Source: Minisyncoccota bacterium
GTDB taxonomy: Bacteria; Patescibacteriota; Minisyncoccia; Phycocordibacterales; UBA9973
DNA length: 58,164 bases
NCBI GenBank assembly: GCA_025453495.1
Contig: JALOQM010000003.1
Span: forward strand, 1 to 58,164
Direction: 5' to 3'
Within the stretch, counting starts at the first letter, position 1, and every line of letters begins with the position of its first letter. Shown here in pieces: positions 25,987 to 33,389 of the stretch. A program made the position numbers and the translations under genes. The notes below the pieces were generated by a model, which worked only from the letters and a program-made list of their open reading frames with translations, ran no database searches and had not been told where the DNA came from.

Positions 25987-27282
25987 ATGGATCAGAAATC
26001 CTCTGCTCTTACTATTGAGCACGTTAAGGTTAGTGAATTAAAAGCAAACGAGTACAATCCCAAGGTTTTTGACGACCGTGCCAAGAACCAAATCGAGGAA
26101 TCGATAAAGCGGTTCGGCTTCGTTGACCCGCTCATCTGCAACAGCGCTCCGAACAGAAAGAATATTCTGATTGGTGGTCACGGCCGTCTCAAGATTGCCA
26201 AGCGACTGAAGATGAAGACCGTCCCTGTGGTCTACGTGAACATTCCCGACATCGAGCGCGAGAAAGAATTAAACGTAAGACTTCATAAGAACCAAGGTGA
26301 ATTTGACCTTGAACTTCTTGGCAAGTTCTTTGACGAAACAACACTCTCTGATGTCGGTTTCAGTGCAGAAGAACTTGAAGATATTTTTACCGAACTCGAC
26401 ACATCAAAAGACGAATTCGATACGGAGAAAGAGCTGAAGAAGATACGGAAGCCCAAGAGCAAGCGAGGTGATTTGTACCAGCTTGGACCCCATCGACTGT
26501 ACTGCGGTGATTCAACGGATATCGAATCGGTAAAGAAAGTTGTCGGTGATGAGAAGATCGATATGGTCTACAACGACCCAATCTACAATACCAAATGGCT
26601 TTCGTACGGCTCTGGTGTCGGTGGAAAGAAAAACTACGGTGGTACGGTGGACGACAACAAGACGGACGACGAGTATGCGGACTTCCTGACCAAGACGATG
26701 GAGAACGCCCTGTCGGTCTGCAACAAGGACGCTCACATATTCTATTACTGTGACGAGACCTACGTCCCGATGGTTGCGAGCCTGTACCAGAAGCTCGGAA
26801 TAGACTTCAAGCGTATCTGTCTGTGGCTCAAAGGTATAGCAAACCCAGTGCCTCAAGTTGCCTTCTCAAAGGTATACGAACCATGTGTATACGGGACAGT
26901 CGGCAAACCATACCTTTCGGGCAACCACACCAACTATGACGAGGTGCTGAACAAAGACATTGGTACTGGCGTGGAGATGATTGAGAACTTCCTTGAGATG
27001 GTGAATGTGTGGGCGGTTCAGAGACTCGGAGGAAACGCCTACGAGCACCCTACCGAGAAGCCTGTCACGCTCCACGACAAACCAATCAAAAGGTGCACGA
27101 AGATTGGCGGAAGCATCCTGTCTCTGTTTGGCGGAAGTGGTGGTGAGCTGATTGCGGCGCACCAGCTCAAGCGAAGGTGCTTCATGGTTGAGATCGAACC
27201 TGTCTTCGTAGATCTCATCATCAGGCGATGGGAAGCTCTCACGGGTGAAAAAGCTGTAAAGATTAGCTCGCATGAAGTTTAG
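25987..27282 (+). CDS. ParB-like nuclease domain fused to a beta-class DNA methyltransferase
   Basis: N-terminus ...GGHGRLKIAKRL (ParB/Srx fold). Motif IV variant NDPIYN precedes motif I LFGGSGGELIAAHQL. ATG 25987 is preferred over the ORF-track TTG 25978. Confidence 0.8.
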   Translation: MDQKSSALTIEHVKVSELKANEYNPKVFDDRAKNQIEESIKRFGFVDPLICNSAPNRKNILIGGHGRLKIAKRLKMKTVPVVYVNIPDIEREKELNVRLHKNQGEFDLELLGKFFDETTLSDVGFSAEELEDIFTELDTSKDEFDTEKELKKIRKPKSKRGDLYQLGPHRLYCGDSTDIESVKKVVGDEKIDMVYNDPIYNTKWLSYGSGVGGKKNYGGTVDDNKTDDEYADFLTKTMENALSVCNKDAHIFYYCDETYVPMVASLYQKLGIDFKRICLWLKGIANPVPQVAFSKVYEPCVYGTVGKPYLSGNHTNYDEVLNKDIGTGVEMIENFLEMVNVWAVQRLGGNAYEHPTEKPVTLHDKPIKRCTKIGGSILSLFGGSGGELIAAHQLKRRCFMVEIEPVFVDLIIRRWEALTGEKAVKISSHEV

Positions 27283-27841
27283 TAGCGAGATAGTAACCCA
27301 AGTCCTCAAGGAACTCGAGAAGGTGCCGAATATCCGCTATGTGAGCTCGAAGGTAGGCATAGACCATAGCACCTTCTACAGGTGGCTTATAAAGTACCCG
27401 AGCTTTAACAAGCGTGTGATGGAGGCAACATTCATTGGAAAGCGTGCTGTGTGCGGTACTGCCGAAGCAACCATCATTAAAGGTGTACAGAACGGTGATT
27501 TCAAAGCTTCCACCTTCTACCTGACACATAATGACCCGAACTACATGCAGAAGGACAAGGGCGAACACTTCAGCAAGATGCTCGACAACCAGGTGAGGTT
27601 CATGCAGTCGCGAATCAAGTATGACGGAGCGAACTTTGAGACACTCTTCAAGTTGCTCGATGAACTGAATAAAACGTACGGAGAGGAAGTTAGCGTGAAC
27701 TTAGGAAAGTTCATGGTCGAGTTCTTCTGCAACAATGACACCCAACTCATTGAGCTATGCAACGCATCATACGAGGAATGGCGAATCAGAAAGACGAGAG
27801 AGGAAGCAATTAAGGAAAGCTTTGTTCCAGAGGAAAAGTAA
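27272..27841 (+). CDS. HTH protein resembling a phage terminase small subunit
   Basis: VSSKVGIDHSTFYRWL HTH. ...GDFKASTFYLTHNDPNYMQKD resembles the TerS-type ..FWLKN..P motif. Weak call. Confidence 0.35.
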   Translation: MKFSSEIVTQVLKELEKVPNIRYVSSKVGIDHSTFYRWLIKYPSFNKRVMEATFIGKRAVCGTAEATIIKGVQNGDFKASTFYLTHNDPNYMQKDKGEHFSKMLDNQVRFMQSRIKYDGANFETLFKLLDELNKTYGEEVSVNLGKFMVEFFCNNDTQLIELCNASYEEWRIRKTREEAIKESFVPEEK

Positions 27842-27891
27842 CCAATATCTGGATTCCTTGACTTCCCCAACCAGTCCGTCATCAATCAAGT

Positions 27892-29217
27892 ATGCAAACT
27901 AGCGTAAGTGCCCAAATAGGGGTTCCAGAGTCCGTACCTGTTGAGAGGGTGCGTTATTGCCTGTATGCCCGTAAATCGACTGAATCGGATGAAAAACAGG
28001 CTCTATCCATTGATTCTCAGGTGAAAGAAATGCTTGCCATAGCGGAGCGTGAGGGTCTTGAAATTGTGGACATACGGCGTGAATCGCATTCAGCGAAGGC
28101 TTCGGGACAACGTCCTGTATTCAATGAGCTTATCCGTGATCTTAACAGTGGCAGGTACACTGGCATTTTGACATGGGCACCAGACCGCCTTTCTCGAAAT
28201 GCAGGAGATCTTGGAACACTGGTTGATTTAATGGACGAGAAGAGACTTCATCAGATAAGGACGTACGGACAATCATTTCAAAACTCACCGAGTGAGAAGT
28301 TTCTGCTCATGATCCTCTGTAGTCAAGCAAAGCTCGAGAATGATAATAAAAGCATCAATGTGAAGCGAGGTTTGAAAACCCGATGCGAGATGGGTCTGTG
28401 GCCAGCTCCTGCGCCTATGGGCTATTTAAACGAAATGCGGGCTGATCGTAAGGGATATGTCTATGTTGATCCAGAACGAGGGCATATCATCCGCCAGATG
28501 TTCGAGAAGGTGGCCTATCAGAAATGGTCTGGACGCAAAGTCTATCACTGGCTCAAATTTGATATGAACTTCAAGTCTCCTAAGGGCAATAAGGGTCTCA
28601 ATCTCAGTACGATATTCCTTATCCTCCAAAACCCTTTCTACTATGGTGCGTTCGAGTTTCCGAGAAAAAGCGGAAACTGGTACAAAGGCAGACATGAAGC
28701 ATTAATAACCAAAGAATTATTTGATCAGGTACAGCAACAGATGAAAGCCCAATTTAGCAGGACGTGGGACAAGGAATTCGCTTTTACCAAGTTGATGCTC
28801 TGCGGTCTGTGTGGATCGGGTATTTGTGCTGACGAGAAGTTTAAAAAGCTAAAGAACGGCAGTATCAGTCGACATTGTTATTATGGCTGTACAAAAGCAC
28901 GAGACAAAAATTGCAAGTGCGGGTATATATCGGAAGATGAACTTATAGAACAACTGATTGCGCTAATGGATACGATAGATATCAACGAGGTCGGAATCAA
29001 AGAAAAGATAAAAGACGAGGTGAAGAAGATTAAGCGGTTTCAGCAAAGCTTGCTTGGCATCAAAGAGAATATTGATGTGAATGATATTGATATTCGAGCA
29101 TATACAAAATACATTTTGAAAGATGGATCAATTACAGAAAAACGTGAGTTGCTTGGGTGTCTTACAAGCAGAATCACACTCAATCAAAAGAAAATTAGTT
29201 TACTTCATCAACAATAA
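27892..29217 (+). CDS. Large serine recombinase (integrase)
   Basis: Resolvase catalytic region YCLYARKSTESDE...DRLSRN. Recombinase domain. Cys-rich zinc ribbon (CGLCGS...C) and a coiled-coil tail. 441 aa. Confidence 0.85.
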   Translation: MQTSVSAQIGVPESVPVERVRYCLYARKSTESDEKQALSIDSQVKEMLAIAEREGLEIVDIRRESHSAKASGQRPVFNELIRDLNSGRYTGILTWAPDRLSRNAGDLGTLVDLMDEKRLHQIRTYGQSFQNSPSEKFLLMILCSQAKLENDNKSINVKRGLKTRCEMGLWPAPAPMGYLNEMRADRKGYVYVDPERGHIIRQMFEKVAYQKWSGRKVYHWLKFDMNFKSPKGNKGLNLSTIFLILQNPFYYGAFEFPRKSGNWYKGRHEALITKELFDQVQQQMKAQFSRTWDKEFAFTKLMLCGLCGSGICADEKFKKLKNGSISRHCYYGCTKARDKNCKCGYISEDELIEQLIALMDTIDINEVGIKEKIKDEVKKIKRFQQSLLGIKENIDVNDIDIRAYTKYILKDGSITEKRELLGCLTSRITLNQKKISLLHQQ

Positions 29218-30051
29218 CCCAACGAGCGCAATAATGCTTCCAAGAATTTTTCTCGGCATATCTTCCCGTTCTTTGAGGAATATCGCCGCCGCTACGAAAA
29301 TAATTACCACTTTAAAAGTGGTAATGGCTGATACAAGGCTCAGATTACCCACGATGAAAATGAGAATAACCCATGACAGGGATTGTAGGAAACGAAGACC
29401 ACCTGTGATAGCAATATCTTTCTTAGAATAAAGGCTTCTACTTTTGGTAATCAACACGGCAAGACCAAGAAAAGCACACTGAGACCACCATGAGAGCATC
29501 GTACCTGCGGAGAAACCGGTCATCTTTTGAAGCGCTCGTTCTGCGGTAAGAGCTACGCCGAGCATAACACCGGAAAGGATCATCAACATGAAATACTTAT
29601 CGAATTTGAATCTTCCGATTCGGTGCTTTTTTGACACGAAAAGGATACCAACAAGCAGTAAAGCGGTACCGAATATCTGAATTGCAGTTAGTTTTTCATT
29701 CAGAAAGAAAGTAGCAAGGATAATGGTTATTGGAGTATAGATATTACTGACCAAAGTAGTGACACCAGCTTCAACGTGCTTTTGTGCAGTGTATGAACTC
29801 ATGAAATATCCTGCGCCGAAGACTCCACACAAGAGAGTAAGTCCAATCAATTGAAACGCATTCCCATGAAAATATAGAGGTTGGAAAAGTGGCAAGAACA
29901 AACTTAGGACAACAAGTACTAACGTGACTTGAAATGCGAAATAAATTTGTCCTTTATTTTCAAGATTCTTTCTTGTTGCAAGCCAGCGTCTTTGGAGTGG
30001 CGATGCGCTTGCGGCGATGAAGTAGAAAATGTAGCTGAGAATTTGTAGCAT
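29200..30051 (-). CDS. EamA/DMT-family transporter
   Basis: About ten hydrophobic helices with duplicated EamA-like halves. The 3' end overlaps the recombinase 3' end by 18 nt. Confidence 0.7.
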   Translation of the reverse strand: MLQILSYIFYFIAASASPLQRRWLATRKNLENKGQIYFAFQVTLVLVVLSLFLPLFQPLYFHGNAFQLIGLTLLCGVFGAGYFMSSYTAQKHVEAGVTTLVSNIYTPITIILATFFLNEKLTAIQIFGTALLLVGILFVSKKHRIGRFKFDKYFMLMILSGVMLGVALTAERALQKMTGFSAGTMLSWWSQCAFLGLAVLITKSRSLYSKKDIAITGGLRFLQSLSWVILIFIVGNLSLVSAITTFKVVIIFVAAAIFLKEREDMPRKILGSIIALVGLLLMK

Positions 30052-30056
30052 AGATA

Positions 30057-30827
30057 TTAATTCAATTTATTCTCTAGCTCATACAAAAACCCATTTCTGC
30101 TCCAAAACCACAGCGGTGGGTGCATATCAATAGGATCAATGCCACTGTCTTTAAGCAACTCTCGCCAGCGTTCAGAGATTTGATCTCTGGAGAGATCAGT
30201 AGCTTCTTTTTGGGTAATAACACCAAGTTTTATTGAACATTGTGTAATATGCGTGTCAGGCGCGATTTCTATCTGATCTCGATTCTTCAGTTTTACTTTT
30301 CCATAAGTACTTAAAATAAATGACCAGTAATTGAATATTTTGGGACCCGAAAGATATGGAAATCCTTTCTTGTAATCCACTTTGACTGTTTGCTTGAGTT
30401 TCAAGAAGTCATTATTGGTTGAATCAATAAACTTCTCAAATGAACCCCAATTATCATTAATAGTCTTTGCAATAGTTCGCCATGTATTTATGTGTTTGTT
30501 CGGCTGTAACGCAACTTTATATTTTAAAAGTGCTTTTCTGACTTTGGCTTCTGTCGACTTAGAAACTTCTTTTATATCAAAGACGAATTTGGTTTCTGGA
30601 TCATTGAAAGTCTTCAGAGCTGCCTGCCAGAGTTTATAACTATCACGCTGATAATTAAGTGCCATTGGAAGTGTGAAGTATGCGATACGCAATTCTTGTT
30701 CATTTGCCTTGAAGCCTGGGTTTGCATCCTCAGGCATGACGGTTTGGCCGAGCTTGCCGGATTTGAATGCGGAGAGGAGGAGTTTGCAGTTGGTGTGTAA
30801 TCTTAAATCCATTTTTAAAATCAACAA
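30057..30827 (-). CDS. HhH-GPD superfamily DNA glycosylase-like protein
   Basis: FPYLSGPKIFNYW and IAPDTHITQCSIKLGVI resemble the HhH / VDTH..R motifs of EndoIII-like proteins. Tentative. Confidence 0.4.
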   Translation of the reverse strand: MLILKMDLRLHTNCKLLLSAFKSGKLGQTVMPEDANPGFKANEQELRIAYFTLPMALNYQRDSYKLWQAALKTFNDPETKFVFDIKEVSKSTEAKVRKALLKYKVALQPNKHINTWRTIAKTINDNWGSFEKFIDSTNNDFLKLKQTVKVDYKKGFPYLSGPKIFNYWSFILSTYGKVKLKNRDQIEIAPDTHITQCSIKLGVITQKEATDLSRDQISERWRELLKDSGIDPIDMHPPLWFWSRNGFLYELENKLN

Positions 30828-30832
30828 TCTTT

Positions 30833-31399
30833 TTATATTACAAAAACCTTAAATTCATATTCTTTCAGTAAAAGTGATTCAAGATTTAAACCAACATTAT
30901 TGAGCTTGTCCTTATATTCTTCTCTGTAGTGAGGAATACTTTTTAATGGCAAAAAACCTAGTCCTTCAAATACACCATCTGCGTTCGGACTATAAAAGTA
31001 GGTACAGAAGACATTCGCACCTGCTGATTCGCCAGCAACAACTTTACCTTTTATTGCTTCTCTCAAATCAGGATATTTTTTGAGTACTTCAAGTAGTTTC
31101 AAGCTTGTGCCTCCATGAAAATAGACAACGTCAGCTGATCTAATTTGAGCTATGAGATTATCCTCAGTTGCTGTTTCAATAGTGAGATTCTTGCTTTCTC
31201 TATTCTTATTAAATTCAACAGTAACCCTTTCAATAGCTAGAGGAATACGTTCAGTATCTTTCGCAAAAGGTACAAGCAAGACCTTTGCGCTTTCAGGAGT
31301 ATCTTTGAGAATTTCCTTATAGAAATCTGTATTATCTTCATCTATTTTTCCAGCGGAACCACCACCGTGAAGAATAAACTTTGTTTTTCTACTTTCCAT
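30833..31399 (-). CDS. Peptidase S51 (dipeptidase E)-like / class I glutamine amidotransferase-like protein
   Basis: FILHGGGS...VVYFHGGTS...VVAGESAGANV. The start was moved to ATG 31399, which sits 6 nt after TGcTACCAT on the minus strand. Confidence 0.6.
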   Translation of the reverse strand: MESRKTKFILHGGGSAGKIDEDNTDFYKEILKDTPESAKVLLVPFAKDTERIPLAIERVTVEFNKNRESKNLTIETATEDNLIAQIRSADVVYFHGGTSLKLLEVLKKYPDLREAIKGKVVAGESAGANVFCTYFYSPNADGVFEGLGFLPLKSIPHYREEYKDKLNNVGLNLESLLLKEYEFKVFVI

Positions 31400-31490
31400 G
31401 AGCAAATGGTAGCATTTTGAAGTCATAACTAAAAACACCATTGAAAGGTGCTTTTAGTTATGACTATGCTCTTCGTACTAGCGCTCACGC

Positions 31491-31564
31491 TGGCTGCGGG
31501 TCAGGGACTCGAACCCCAATACCATGCTCCAGAGGCATGTGTCCTACCATTAGACGAACCCGCA
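31491..31564 (-). tRNA. tRNA-Gln (anticodon CTG), CCA encoded
   Basis: Manual cloverleaf: acceptor TGCGGGT/ACCCGCA (U1-A72), D stem GTCT/GGAC, anticodon stem CATGC/GCATG with loop CT-CTG-GA, T loop TTCGAGT, discriminator G, then CCA. Confidence 0.9.
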
Positions 31565-31678
31565 ATATCAAATCTGACCTGCTATTTATATACCAAAATA
31601 CACCTATTCGCAATGCTTTATGATTGCCGTATACTATAGCTCTAAAACAAATACTTTATTCAAAACATAGAAGTAATT

Positions 31679-32665
31679 GTGAAAAATTTATTTGCAAAAT
31701 ATAAGAGCCTCCCACCCAAGTATCAACTCGGCATTGCCAGCCTTGTCTTTGTGCTTGGTCTAGTGATTTTCCCAAATGCGCTTATCTATGCTCTTGCAGC
31801 GGTTGTTTCTTTTTCGTTGATTAAGAAAAAAAGTCTGAAATATATATTAACTTTCTTGTCTATCGTACTGACTTTGATATCTTTGCTTCTTCTTGTACCT
31901 GAGAGTGCCGAAACCGAAAAAGAAAAAGTAAATGATTCTGCATCTATTGATACATCTCACACAGATATCGAAGTGAAAGATACCAACCAAGAAATTGTCA
32001 CACCTACTGGAAGTGATTCTCAAACATATGAGGTGATGCGAGTGATAGATGGTGATACGCTCGATGTTTCTATGGATGGTGCTGTGGTACGGCTACGACT
32101 GATCGGCATGAATACTCCTGAAACAGTCGATCCAAGAAAGCCTGTTGAATGCTTTGGCACTGAAGCATCACAAAAAGCAACATCACTATTACTTGGCAAA
32201 AAAGTGTCTCTTGTCAGTGATAGCTCGCAAGGAGAAAAAGACAAGTATGATAGATTGCTCAGATATGTATTTCTCGAAGACGGTACGAATTTTAATCTAC
32301 AAATGATCAAAGAAGGATATGCATACGAGTATACCTACGGAACACCATATGCCTACCAGGCTGCATTCAAAGAAGCACAGCAACAGGCAAAGGATGCAAG
32401 CGCTGGTTTATGGGGAGCTGTGTGTCAGGATAAAGCTGATACGTCAGTGCTACCGACGGTGCAAATCGTTCCTATGTCGACAAATGTGGTTTTCGATTCT
32501 TGTACTATAAAAGGAAATATCAACACAAGTGGCGAAAAAATATATCATATGCTCGGGTGCGATTCCTACGACGCCACAAAAATACATGAGAGTAGGGGAG
32601 AAAGGTGGTTTTGTAGTGAACAAGAAGCACTTGATGCTGGATGGCAAAAAGCGAAGAATTGCTGA
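31679..32665 (+). CDS. Membrane-anchored thermonuclease (SNase-like) with a C-terminal Cys-containing domain
   Basis: VIDGDTLDV...RLIGMNTPE...DKYDRLLRYV...EGYAYEY. Two N-terminal TM helices. GTG start. Confidence 0.8.
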   Translation: MKNLFAKYKSLPPKYQLGIASLVFVLGLVIFPNALIYALAAVVSFSLIKKKSLKYILTFLSIVLTLISLLLLVPESAETEKEKVNDSASIDTSHTDIEVKDTNQEIVTPTGSDSQTYEVMRVIDGDTLDVSMDGAVVRLRLIGMNTPETVDPRKPVECFGTEASQKATSLLLGKKVSLVSDSSQGEKDKYDRLLRYVFLEDGTNFNLQMIKEGYAYEYTYGTPYAYQAAFKEAQQQAKDASAGLWGAVCQDKADTSVLPTVQIVPMSTNVVFDSCTIKGNINTSGEKIYHMLGCDSYDATKIHESRGERWFCSEQEALDAGWQKAKNC

Positions 32666-32688
32666 TAGCTACATATTTCCGATAGAAA

Positions 32689-32697
32689 TGGTATACT
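32689..32697 (+). promoter_or_regulatory. Extended -10 (TGgTATACT), 6 nt upstream of ATG 32704
   Basis: TG at 32689-32690, TATACT at 32692-32697. Confidence 0.45.
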
Positions 32698-32703
32698 CTA
32701 GAC

Positions 32704-32862
32704 ATGGACAATATATTTATAACTCAAAATACATTTGGAGTGCTCTGGACAATCGGATGGCTATTTACTATCGGCTATCTTCGTCTCACTTTCTGGAAAG
32801 GCGTTCTTGCGATCTTCGTTTGGCCATACTATATCGGTAAAAAGTTTTATCGAGAGCAGTAG
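32704..32862 (+). CDS. Small (52-aa) two-helix membrane protein, absent from the ORF track
   Basis: MDNIFITQNTFGVLWTIGWLFTIGYLRLTFWKGVLAIFVWPYYIGKKFYREQ*. Has a leaderless-type promoter signature directly upstream. Confidence 0.5.
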   Translation: MDNIFITQNTFGVLWTIGWLFTIGYLRLTFWKGVLAIFVWPYYIGKKFYREQ

Positions 32863-32888
32863 AAATACACTTTACTGGTACAGCGTTT

Positions 32889-33320
32889 ATGCACCGAGAG
32901 GAACTTATTTCGCAATATGATCGCTATATTGATCAAGTGCGTACGGAAGCAAGAGATCTGTATTGGCTATACAATTTCTTTTTTGTCATTGATTCTGCAC
33001 TGCTTGGTGCAGTGTTTATCCAAAAGCTTGCTCCTGGATATATGGTAGTCGCACAGGTCGCAGGAATACTGATGTCACTGTACTGGTTTGCAATTATTCG
33101 CAAACAACGCATGTGGCGCAATAATTGGGTTGAGCGTATACAAATGATCGAGCAAGAGCTCGGCTATGAAGAGCGTTTCCATATGTGGGGTACTAAGCGA
33201 CGGAGTCGTCACTTGTTTCGCGAGTATGTTATAGGCAAGCGCGGTCTCTGGCGGTTTCTCTTTCTCTTGCCGATCGGCTTTGTGATTATCTGGACCGGTC
33301 TTGCACTTGGTATTTTTTGA
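32889..33320 (+). CDS. Hypothetical membrane protein
   Basis: 143 aa with 3-4 hydrophobic helices. Confidence 0.45.
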   Translation: MHREELISQYDRYIDQVRTEARDLYWLYNFFFVIDSALLGAVFIQKLAPGYMVVAQVAGILMSLYWFAIIRKQRMWRNNWVERIQMIEQELGYEERFHMWGTKRRSRHLFREYVIGKRGLWRFLFLLPIGFVIIWTGLALGIF

Positions 33321-33372
33321 TAAATCAGAATTGAATCTCACAAAGATTTTTCTTAGTCCTAACATTGCTATT

Positions 33373-33381
33373 TGCTATACT
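33373..33381 (+). promoter_or_regulatory. Extended -10 (TGcTATACT), 8 nt upstream of ATG 33390
   Basis: TG at 33373-33374, TATACT at 33376-33381. Confidence 0.45.
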
Positions 33382-33389
33382 GTCGAATA

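Larger units (their letters stand above)
13552..29217. mobile_element. Composite accessory (defence/mobile) island ending at a large serine recombinase gene
   Basis: Abrupt compositional changes in hand-counted 60-nt lines: 12 G+C at 16001-16060, 31 at 26601-26660, 25 in ligA at 5001-5060. Contains 4 methyltransferases, 3 nuclease candidates, ParB-MTase, a TerS-like gene and a recombinase. Boundaries are approximate. Confidence 0.55.

Noticed and set aside
33372-33389. ORF-track N-terminal extensions at 33372, 36720, 40644, 44463, 50118, 50133, 1578, 6762 and 31441.
   Set aside because: The extensions begin at non-ATG codons, overlap the upstream gene, a terminator or a -10 box, and add non-homologous residues ahead of well-conserved N-termini. 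Internal ATGs with promoter signatures are preferred. The starts remain predictions.
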